Positions 1 to 9,769 of a stretch of DNA of 64,000 nucleotides are shown piece by piece. The number at the start of each line of letters is the position of its first letter. Within the stretch, counting starts at the first letter, position 1. The notes below the pieces were generated by a model. That model had not been told where the DNA came from. It ran no database searches and saw only the letters and a list, made by a program, of their open reading frames with translations. Source of the DNA: Halocafeteria seosinensis (lineage: Eukaryota); assembly GCA_001687465.1 (NCBI GenBank), contig LVLI01000587.1:1-64000 (forward strand), given 5' to 3'. The translations under genes were made by a program, and so were the position numbers.

Positions 1-116
1 GGGCCGCTGGAAGAGTTCAACTACGATATGGTCGACATTGTGCGCAAAGCGCTGAAGTGGCAAGACGACATTCGCGCGCACCGTCCACGAAGGCAGGAGG
101 AATGGGCTTAATCATC

Positions 117-261
117 CCAGGCAACGCAGCAGAAGCATCCCACATCATCAACGCCAAAAACGATCCAACAAGTGGCAGGAGATGAGCAACCAGGCAACGC
201 AGCAGAAGCATCCCACATCATCAACGCCAAAAACAATCCAACAAGTGGCAGGAGATGAGCA
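117..261 (+). repeat. 73-bp tandem duplication (2 copies, 117-188 and 190-261)
   Basis: ccaggcaacgcagcagaagcatccc...ggagatgagca occurs twice with a single substitution. The period is not a multiple of 3, so it frameshifts the retroelement ORF. Confidence 0.95.
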
Positions 262-760
262 GGATCCGCTCGCACTATTGTGTAGTGGGTATTCGCAAGA
301 AGGCCCCGTCATGGCTCGCGAAGAGTGAGAACACGCTACAGGAAACTACCGGACTGCCGGATGCAAACTACGAAGGCTACTGGGACAAACCGGCGCTACA
401 GAATAACCTGAACAAGATGTTGCAGCGAGTAGCCATAAGAACCCTGATAGGGATGCTGAACCCACTGCAGAAAGCGTTGTTGACAGCCTGCCAAGCGGAC
501 GGAGCATTTGCATTGCTCCAAGGAAAGGATTAACACTAACCGACGCGGAGTATACGGTAGCACTGCGCCTGCGCCTACAGCTCCCCGAAACTAACCTGTT
601 TACGGGGCCATCGGGACAATGCTGTGGAGAAGGACCGATCGACGAGATGCTTTACCACGCTTTGGGGTGCGGCAAAGAAGGGAACGCCACGCAAAGGATC
701 CGCCGTCATGACAGGATCGCAGTGGAACTGGAGAACTACATCCGCATAAGTCAAATGACA

Positions 761-784
761 AGAGAGAGAGAGAGAGAGAGAGAG
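761..784 (+). repeat. (AG)12 microsatellite
   Basis: Read directly; it encodes RERERERE in frame within the RLE ORF. Confidence 0.95.
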
Positions 785-1591
785 ATGCTCGTCGATCCTC
801 GAAACGACGGAGAAGCGAGGCCAGTAATGGATCTGGTAGCAAAGGGTCCAACCAGCACAGTTTACTATACTATATGGTATGTCGATGTGACGGTGCCAAA
901 CCCGCTCACGGAAGACAGACTAGCCACGGCAGCAGGAAGGCCCCTCACCATTGCGGCAGAAGCGGAGAAGATGAAGCGGACAAAATACGAACATCTGAGG
1001 GACCGCCACCCGTTCGCGATAGAGGCCACGGGCGGTTTCGGGGAAGACGCCATCAAGTTCCTCAAGAGATTCCCCAGGAAAGCACCTGGTTCCCTGGGAA
1101 ACAAGGGAGATGCAACTTGATGACGGCCAAACTGTCGGTCACGTGATGCGCCACAACGTTTAAGATGTTGGAGCGGTTCCGGGTAGGGTTACTGCGTAGC
1201 GTAGCGGTAGTCTGTAGCATAGACTGATGCAACAGATATTTGGGAAGTGATGATGTGACTGCAAGGTCGGACGCTGCCTAAAGAATAGATTGATTTCTGA
1301 AGGGAACTCGGGATCGGTTGGCAACTTGTTCCTGTTGCAACAGCTTGCACTTGTCTTGGACGGTAGTCTTCATAAAAGTACCTATAACTAATTTAAGAAA
1401 CATTTTTGGATTCCGATTTCTACCAGCTATAAAGACGCAGGTACAACTTCAGTCCACATGAACAGCGGAATGTGTATTAGAGTCATAATTGTGTATTATA
1501 TTGGTTAGAAAATATAGCCGCCTAGGCAACATCACCATGAATTACTCCATCGCAATTTGATGTGTGCATTAGTACTGCTCCTACCGAAAGA

Positions 1592-1678
1592 CGTCTATGC
1601 TACACGCAGTGTGAGGGGCGAACCGTACCCGAAACTGCTCCAACATCTTCGCGTTGTGGCGCATCAACGTGAGTGACA
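1592..1678 (-). repeat. Inverted, diverged copy of the retroelement 3' end (partner ~1133-1225)
   Basis: aaccgtacccgaaactgctccaacatcttcgcgttgtggcgcatcaacgtgagtgaca at 1621-1678 is a near reverse complement of 1133-1190. gtctatgctac..acgcagt matches the reverse complement of 1191-1225. Confidence 0.85.
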
Positions 1679-1719
1679 TCAAAGAGAGCGCCCTCACCAC
1701 CGGTGGAGTAATTCTAAGA

Positions 1720-2400
1720 CATATATAAACAGTGTATTATACTCGATAGTGGATGCATGCATGTAAGGACGTATTTGGATTCCCTCGGGGAATTCCGCTA
1801 ATGCGCTTCGGCGACCGAAGTGTTTTGCGTACAAATTAGTTTACGAAGTCGTGGTAGAAACATGTAATGTCGCTCACTGGCACTAAAGGAATGTATGATC
1901 CCCCGATTTTGGACGCATACATGTAGAAGTGTACTTCGGTTTCCTCAGAGAGTTGCCACCAATGTCGCCACAGTCCGCTTCATCGAGAGAACCGCCGTAG
2001 GTACCCCGTACTACTACGATAGACAGACCCGCTGAAAGTATTTGCAGTCGTTCACTGGCTATCACGGAATGTGCAGTGCCCCAAATTGAATGCCTACATG
2101 GAACTCTTGGGGAATCGACTGTTGTCGCTACAATCCGCTTCAGCGACAGAAGCGTCGTAGATACTCCATACTAGTACGATACAGAAGCGGGGTACAAGTA
2201 CTTACTGTAGTTACCTGGGGACCAAGTAGTGTATATTATCCCCAATGTTGGATGTATGCATGGTAGAAAAGTTCTTCTATTCCGTGGGAGTACGGGCACC
2301 GAAGCGACACAAAATCTTTACATAGAAATTTCGTTACAATGTCACTTAGTTTCGTTTACTGAGGGCTAGAGAGGGTATATTATTCCCACTGTTGGATGCA
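1720..2400 (+). repeat. Diverged tandem array, family A (~160-180 bp units, about 4 copies)
   Basis: Recurring catgtagaa...ttcctc...cacc.atgtcgc.acagtccgcttca.cga...cgtag motifs near 1760, 1920, 2097 and 2260. Confidence 0.75.
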
Positions 2401-2414
2401 TACTTTCCCCTATG

Positions 2415-3360
2415 TAGACATCTCATATTCGGGTTGATACACAGTCACTGATCTTAACTGAGCAACATAAAGTGCTTGCACGGGGACATGGTGTGGTAGA
2501 AATAATCGGTACGTTTGACGCTTCTTTCGCTGAAGCGGACTTTAGCGGCATGTTACGGCATCGGTGGAATCGCTGAGGAACCCGAAGTATTTTCTTACAT
2601 GTAAACATCTTATATTGAAGTAAATACACACTCACTGATCTTAACTGAGCAACATAAAGTGCTTGCACGGGGACATGGTGTGGTAGAAATACTCGGTACG
2701 TTTGACGCTTCTTTCGCTGAAGCGGACTTTAGCGGCATGTTGCGGCATCGGTGGAATCCCTGAGGAACCCGAAGTATTTTCTTACATGTAAACATCTTAT
2801 ATTGAGGTAAATACACACTCACTGATCTTAACTGAGCAACATAAAGTGCTTGCACGGGGACATGGTGTGGTAGAAATAATCGGTACGTTTGACGCTTCTT
2901 TCGCTGAAGCGGACTTTAGCGGGGCATGTTGTGGAATCCCTGAGGAACCCGAAGTATTTTCTTACATGTAAACATCTTATATTGAGGTAAATACACACTC
3001 ACTGATCTTAACTGAGCAACATAAAGTGCTTGCACGGGGACATGGTGTGGTAGAAATAATCGGTACGTTTGGCGCTTCTTTCGCTGAAACGGGTTGTAGC
3101 GGCATCGGTGGAATCCCTGAGGAACCCGAAGTATTTTCTTACATGTAAACGTCTTATATTGAGGTAAATACACACTCACTGATCTTAACTGAGCAACATA
3201 AAGTGCTTGCACGTGGACATGGTGTGGTAGAAATAATCGGTACGTTAGGCGCTTCTATCGCTGAAACGTGTGTGAAGACAAGTGGGACTTTTGGCAATGG
3301 TGTGTGGGTTCGTCGACTCAGTCATGGCTGAAACGGGTTGTAGCGGCATCGGGGGAATTT
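2415..3360 (-). repeat. Homogeneous tandem array, family A in inverted orientation (5 copies; periods 187, 187, 180, 177 bp)
   Basis: cactgatcttaactgagcaacataaagtgcttgcacg starts at 2446, 2633, 2820, 3000 and 3177. Its reverse complement aligns by eye with the diverged flanking units (catgtaagaaaatacttcgggttcctcag...aagtccgcttcagcga). Confidence 0.95.
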
Positions 3361-3414
3361 CCTTAACGCCCGCCAATTTTTAATAAAGTGAATGAGTTAG
3401 CAAAATATAAGCGT

Positions 3415-4215
3415 CGGCACCGGTGTGACTACAGTCCGCTTCCGCTACATAAGAGGCGTAGATACTACATATTATTACGATGCAGAGGCGGGACACAAGG
3501 AATTACTGTCGTTCACGGACTGTATTATCCCCAATGCCTTCATGTAGAAAAGTACGTCGATTTCTCGAGAGAATCGGTACCGATGTCGGTACAGTCCGCT
3601 TCCGCAACAAAAGCGTCGTAGATATCCCGTAGTATTACGAAACGGACTCCCGGTACAAGTACGTACTGTCGTTACTGGCGACCATGGAGTGTACACCATT
3701 CCCAATATTCGATGCATGCATGTAGAAAAGTAAGGGGAGTAGCCACTGATGCCGCTGCAGTCCCCGCTTCAGCGACACACGAGTCGTAGATACTCCGAAC
3801 TACTACGACATAAATTCCCCCTACAAGGGGTTACCGTCGTTCACTGGCGAACACGGGGTGTATATTATTTCAAATGTCGGATGCGTACATGTAGGAAAGT
3901 GCTACGGTTCCTCCGGAGAATCGGCACCGACGCCGCTACAGTTCGCTTCCGCGACAAAAGGTTCGTAGGTACCCGTGGTATTCCGATACAGACTCCCGGT
4001 ACAAGCAATAAGTGCCATTCAACAACTTTGGATGCATGCGTGTAGGAACTCTATTGGGGAATAGCCAACGAAGTGGCTACACTCCGACTTCAGCGACTTT
4101 AACATCGTACATACCCCGTACTATTGCGATACAATCCCGGAACAAGTACCCACTGTCGTTCACTAAAGATACAGAAGTTTGCATTAGTCCCAACAATGCA
4201 TGTATATCATGTTGT
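3415..4215 (+). repeat. Diverged tandem array, family A (~150-180 bp units, about 5 copies)
   Basis: acagtccgcttc.gc.ac...gtcgtagata...tattacga...acaagt...actgtcgttcac...catgtagaaa recurs, with catgtag-like anchors near 3541, 3719, 3888 and 4039. Confidence 0.85.
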
Positions 4216-4283
4216 ACTTAAGCGCTACGGTTGCCTCGTCCAATTGCTGCCCATGTCGTCGATGTAGTCTTCAGCAACGCAGT

Positions 4284-7200
4284 TCAGGATGTGAGATCGA
4301 TCCGGGTACGCTTTCTGGAGGTAACTCTGCTCGATTGGGCGAGTACGCGTTTCCTAGTGGAGGTATCCAAAGCCGAAGCAGAGGCTGCTTTTCTTTTTTC
4401 AGCGTTAATGCTTTCCTGAGACTCTCGAGCAGACTCCATCAATGCCAACTGCTGACTGTAATCTAGTTCATAGTACCACCCATTGAACTTTACTTCCGCA
4501 TTACTGAAGATCGAGCTTGCGGGAATTGTCTCCTTGTCTCCGACGTAATATTGCATGCAGTTAATAGGAGCTGCTCCATTATTAGGAACCTTTTCCAGCC
4601 ACCGGATGAACACCATTCGTCCCTCTGTGGGGGCATTCGGTGTGATTTCCTCTATGAGAATCGCCAGCCAGTATGTAGCGGACATTCTATCCGGTAGGAC
4701 CCCAACGACACAGTTTTTCTCGTATAGAACGTGCCGACGACGGCTCTTCGTTCTAATTAGAGGTACAGTGACACCCTGGGTAAAGCCTTCGTCAGCGGCG
4801 TGGCCTTCCATTCTCTCATTTGCCGTCCGAGCGAAAGACAGCGTGGAAGCGTGTGCAGACAGTAGGTCCATGTTTTCACGGAGTTTACGTAGTTGGCGGA
4901 GCACTAAAACGGATTTCCCGATGGAGGGATCTTGGGAAAGGTTTATAAATATGCTCTCTGTGATGCTGAGTATGCTCGAGAGACGTCTCCCTTGAGAACC
5001 CTCTCCGTCCGCAAGTTGCGGACCTCTATAGTTTGCAATTAGCTGCTGCCAGTCGCTTCGAAAGTTTACCATGCCATCAGTATTCAGCTCAGAGATTGCT
5101 TCTCCAGGGTTCTCTACATCTGTTTGCCGATGCTGTTGCATCTGCTGTACTTGCGGTTTCGTTACTGGTATTTTTTTTTCTTCTTTCCGATGTTTCTGCC
5201 GTCCTGTGAATTTCTTCTTTTCTATTTCTTCGCGCGTAGCTGGCGGAAGAGGATTGTTCTTCAGCTTTGCGAATCTAAGCAATTCGATCTCTTTGACCTT
5301 CTGTAGGAGTTCGGAAAGGTCACCTGATGCTTTCTGCCAGTTAAGGAAAAAACGTTTTAGCTTATTATGCAAAGATTCAGCAATAGCCGTGGTTAAACTA
5401 AAAAACCAATATTGAACATTTTCCGACGGCGACCTACGACGCCGGTACACCCATTTGTCCAACCGGTTAAAGTAATTTTGCTCCAAATATTGTCGGACAT
5501 TCTCCGTAGGACAGAGTTCCCGAATCGTTTGTATAATTTGATCTTCTTCAGTCGGCGTGAGCTCCTTGTCCATCAAAATTCTCAAGTTCTTTATAATTTC
5601 ATCCTTAGTTTCCTTGTTAACCTGTACTGCATTACATAGTATTATCCCCGATGATCCTTAGTTCATCTGGTGTACTGACCCCGCGCTTCGCTGTTATGTT
5701 TCTTCTGAAGGTCCGTAATAAGTGCCAGTGACACAATAGATGCGTGTGCACCGTTGGCCATGCGTTTTGGATCGCTTCTGCATGGCCGCTGCCATCATCT
5801 GTTATAACCACCTCAACGTTGGAATCTCCACACACTGCTGTAATCGCTCTCAGACACAACTGCAACAAATATGCAGTGTATTAGCCAATTTCTGAGGACA
5901 AACCGTGACGCCGCCCACTTACTTCAATACACCTGCTGCTCTCCGACGGAATGACGGCTGTGAAGACGGGCACCCCACGCCTTGCGTGATCTACGCAATG
6001 CACTGTCAACAACATTACATCATATCTCGAAGTATGATGTGTGGCGTCAAACAAGATGCCACGCTTCATATTTTCTTTAAAAAAACTTCTTTTGTTGTGA
6101 ACTCTGTAGAGCGGCAGCCGGTAGGTAAGCAGACCCCAGCGGTATTTTGTGGTTCACTTACCATAAGACAAATAATAGTATCATCATCAGCGATTAGATT
6201 TTCTTGGGTGGAGAGTATCTCGTGGGGATCATCCGCAGCCTGGTTAGGGAGTTTGCGGAAGATGACATCCTCCAGATCCTCCTGGGAGGATGCAACTCTT
6301 AGTATATCCACTATGGTTTTGTTTCGATCGCGCAGATAGTCTTCGATTTGTTTCTGAGGAGAGTCTATGACCATTATTTACTGATCAACTGTCTTACCAG
6401 TGATGTTCCATACCTCTTTTATTTGGAGGACCCACTCCGAGCCTCCCTTCCCGAAGGCATCTATATGCTCGTTCAGCAATTTGCGCTTCACTTGCAAAGG
6501 AGATACACGTTCATCACTCTGGATACCAAATACAAGGCAGGAACAATGCACAGGACAAAGAGAAGTCTGCAGCTCACCTTGACAATCTCATCGATTCTTA
6601 ACTGAGCTGTCATGGGAAGGTACGATTGCTCGTCGTTGCGTTCCTCATGGTTTTGTCCCAACGTTGAGTATACGCGAATGCAGTTGAATCGGACCAAGTC
6701 GATGGACGTTCCTGATGCAGCCATTGTATCAGAGAAGCTAAAATGAATTTACCTGCCACAACTCGCACTTACTAGGGGCTATTTTGTCGACGTACTTCCA
6801 ACATGATACCCCGCTTGTTCCCACACTTGGGTCGACAGAAGCATTTAGTCGGACACGCTTCCCGCATGCCTTTCCCGTACACCCGAGAATAATATTAACC
6901 GCCTTAATATTTCCATCGCAATCCCGCACGGGCTGCAAGAGGGAGGACAAAGACGGTGCACTAGACAAACAGCGACCTAGACATGCATACGTACATTAAT
7001 TTGGCGAGAGCTTAGTTTTCGGTTGTGGTTTAAAGTTTCCCCGTCTATAAATTGCAGGGCATGTTTCCATGCCTCAATTCCTTTAAATAGTCTGGAGCAA
7101 CAGGCAATATAACTGTATTGACGATACATATGCGGCGGGAGAGGATACTTACCGGCTTGGTTTGCCCTGGCTTGTATACCCGTGGACTTTCTTCCTATGT

Positions 7201-7388
7201 TCCTGTAGCTTATCCTTTCGCGAGAACGTGCCTGGACACGTAACACGGCTTCCTTGATACTCGAGCTCCTCATTACATCTGAACGGTCCGTCTGTGGAAC
7301 CGAGCCGATGATCAAGCACTCTGTGCGCGTAAAGTGTGGCAGAAGAAGGGGTTGTATAACCACACCAAGAGCATGATAAATTGCTCAT
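4284..7388 (-). CDS. Multi-exon Mutator-family (MULE) DDE transposase with N-terminal C2H2 zinc fingers; one frameshift at the 6079-6085 homopolymer
   Basis: Exon 1 (7388-7153) has CSWC...H....H and C..(long loop)..CPGTFSRKDKLQEHRKKVH, then a GTAAGT donor. Later exons give LFDATHHTSRYDVMLLT...D...GVPV (D1), VITDD (D2), LLCHWH (CxxH) and YLEQNY...W...TTAIAESLHNKLK (E). The C-terminus has a YWLA...IRWLE barrel-like segment and an NLS-like RKRTR. The junction near 6750-6710 is unresolved. Confidence 0.85.
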
Positions 7389-7690
7389 TGTTTAATACAC
7401 TACGCACGGATAAAAACAAATCCAGACACTGCCACAGGTATCCTAAACAACCCAAACCCTTTTACAGAGGCAGATAAAGAACATGTGACTCCAACAACAC
7501 TCATTTCGAACACCGGCAAGGAGAACATGTGACTCCCTAGAACTCGTCTTGTTCGGCACTCCAGTACTGGAGTCCAGTAGTTCCTACGATGAAGTACTCT
7601 TTGTTACGGATATGAATAAAGGTTGAATCCCCCAGTATATTTTTCTACGGAAGGAATTACATCCTACAGAAACCGAGAAACAAAACAAAA
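7389..7690. promoter_or_regulatory. Putative bidirectional promoter between the transposase and the PC4-like gene
   Basis: About 300 bp separate the divergent ATGs. It contains a 15-bp direct repeat agaacatgtgactcc (7478, 7522) and a perfect 16-bp palindrome ACTCCAGTACTGGAGT (7558-7573). Confidence 0.5.
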
Positions 7691-8237
7691 ATGTCAGTGC
7701 CCACAGAAAATCACATAGATCTAACGCAGGATTCCGGGAGCGAGAGTAGTCCAGAGGACACCCCGGATCGTGATAAAGCACCAGCCAGGAGACGTGCTAA
7801 AGCTACTAAGCGAAGATGTACCTCTCCACTCGAGACGCCGGCAAAGCATGACTACTGCAGCAACGGCGAGTACGACCAGCGCTCAACGGAGGGGTACCAT
7901 GCGTCGGAGAAGCGGTTGGAAGTCTCTCGAAAAACGCGAGCCAACGACATCGTATCATTACGTGTAGTGGCCCGACCACTGCAGAAACCGTACACTGCGA
8001 CAGGAAATGGCCGTTGGACCTTCGCAATACGGGAATTCGTCTCCACCAAGGTACGTCCCCGGCAGTTGTTTGCAGCCCACCAATCCGATCGGAGCATTTT
8101 CCTTGCAGAAGCAGGACGGTACCTTTTCCAAATTTGGTGTCAATCCGAGATTTGGCGCAAATTTCAGAAGGAGCGAAATCGGAGATGTGATAAGCAAATT
8201 GCAGGAACTAGTGCAGTATGCGGACGATAATCCGTAG
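7691..8237 (+). CDS. Two-exon ~162-aa protein, PC4/Sub1-like (putative ssDNA-binding) transposon accessory protein
   Basis: Exons 7691-8050 and 8109-8237 (GTACGT...TTGCAG, phase 0). The N-terminus is Ser/acidic then basic, followed by GRWTFAIREFVSTKKQDGTFSKFGVNPRFGANFRRSEIGDVISKLQEL, which resembles the PC4 pattern (IRE..., G..., P..G, terminal helix). Confidence 0.55.
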
Positions 8238-8579
8238 TTTGTCGTCCTTTGTGGCCATAAACAATCCATCTTAAGCACGAGAGGTCCATCGGGTCCAGCG
8301 CAATTACACAGCATGTTACAAGACACGAGGATGACCGTCCGAATAGTTAGTGTTTAATTCAATTCAAAAGATTCCTTTAGAGTACGACTGCCCCCACCAA
8401 AGAGCTGAATCAACATCGGGAAGCCCTAACCTAAGCCTCGCTAACGCCCGCGAAATTTTAAATTCATTTATAACGCCGCCGTTTCTTCCATTGGCACTGT
8501 TGCTGCCCGCAAAGGCAGAGGAACATCTGATGTAAGGACTAAAAACAATCTAGAATTACCGTATTGTCTTTGTTTACCT

Positions 8580-9745
8580 CAAATTCCCTGCGGAGGCACC
8601 CAAGAAAAAAAAACCGCGTCGCGCTGGTGGCCGGAATTTTCTATTCTCACGCTACCGATATAAATCCTCGCCGGCTCACATATTACGACATGGGCTAACA
8701 ATTCCATCCTTAAAGAAATATAGTGCCCTTTATATCCCTGGAATTCCATCTGGAGGCATCCGAAGGAAGAAATCCATCCCGTTGCGTCGTGTGGCGCCGG
8801 TGGGGGAATTTTCACTTCCCAACCCAGCGATATGAATTCTCGCCGGCTCACGTATTACGACATGGGCTAACGATTCCATCCTTAAAGAACTGTAGTGCCC
8901 TTTATATAACTGGAATTCCATCTGGAGGCATCCAAAGGAAAACGTCCACCCCATCGCGCCGTTTGCCGGAATTTTCTATTCCCGACGCACCAATATGAAT
9001 CCTCGCCGGCTCATATATAACGACATGGCCTACATGGAATCCACCTGGAGGCATCCAAAAAACAAAAACCCCACTGTCGCTTCGCGTGGCATCGGTGAAC
9101 GGAATTTCACTTCCCAACCCAGCGATATGAATCCTCGCCGGCTCACATATTACGACATGGGCTAACATTTCCATCCTTAAAGAACTGTAGTGCCCTTTAT
9201 ATCTCTGGAATTTCACCTGGAGGCATCCAAAGGAAGAAAACCCCACTGTCGCATCGGTGACTGGAATTTCACTTCCCAACCCAGCGATATGAATCCTCGT
9301 CACCTCACATATTACGATACGGGCTAACCATTCCATCCTTAAAGAAATGTAGTGCTCTTTATATCATTCTCCAGTTCCATGGGGAAGCATCCGAAGGAAG
9401 AAATCCCCCCAGTTGCGTCGTGTGGCGTCGGTGGGCGGAATTCCAATGCCCGGTGACCGGAATTCCAATGCCCAACCCAGCGATATGAATCCTCGCCGGC
9501 TCACATATTACGACATGGGCTAACAATTCCATCTTTTAAGTACTGTAGTGCCCTTTATATCCCTGGAATTCCACCTGGAGGCATCCAAGGAAGAAAACCC
9601 CGCTCTGGCGCCGGTAGCGGGAATTTCGGATTCCCACGCTACCGATATGTATACTCGTTCGTTTAAATATCAAAACGTGGGAAAATTATTTCATCCTTAA
9701 GGAACGGTATTTTCCTTTATATGCTTCCAATGCCTACTGGCAAAA
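8580..9745 (+). repeat. Tandem array, family B (about 7 units of ~130-195 bp)
   Basis: cctcgccggctcacatattacgacatgggctaac...ttccatccttaaagaa...gtgccctttatat...ggaattcca.ctggaggcatcc recurs near 8666, 8838, 9001, 9133, 9296, 9491 and 9655. Confidence 0.95.
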
Positions 9746-9769
9746 TGACTATCTTTCCAGAATTGCTAA

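Larger units (their letters stand above)
1..1225 (+). mobile_element. 3' portion of a decayed non-LTR retrotransposon with a restriction-like endonuclease (CRE/R2-group-like)
   Basis: ORF 647-1120 and its upstream frame read CC...HALGC (zinc knuckle), RRHD, RPVMD, VDVTV, AEKMKRTKY and PFAIEATGGFGEDAIKFL, the typical order of motifs in an RLE C-terminus. There is a frame break near 525-540 and a 73-bp duplication; the element runs off the window start. Confidence 0.8.

Noticed and set aside
2423..3212. Repeated short ORFs MQALYVAQLRSVSVYL...
   Set aside because: By-products of the 187-bp satellite (period not divisible by 3, non-ATG starts).
8424..8434. Telomere-like CCCTAACCTAA
   Set aside because: Fewer than two perfect units; could be chance.
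2415..9745. CRISPR-like interpretation of the arrays
   Set aside because: Whole units repeat with no unique spacers, there are no cas genes, and the context is eukaryotic.
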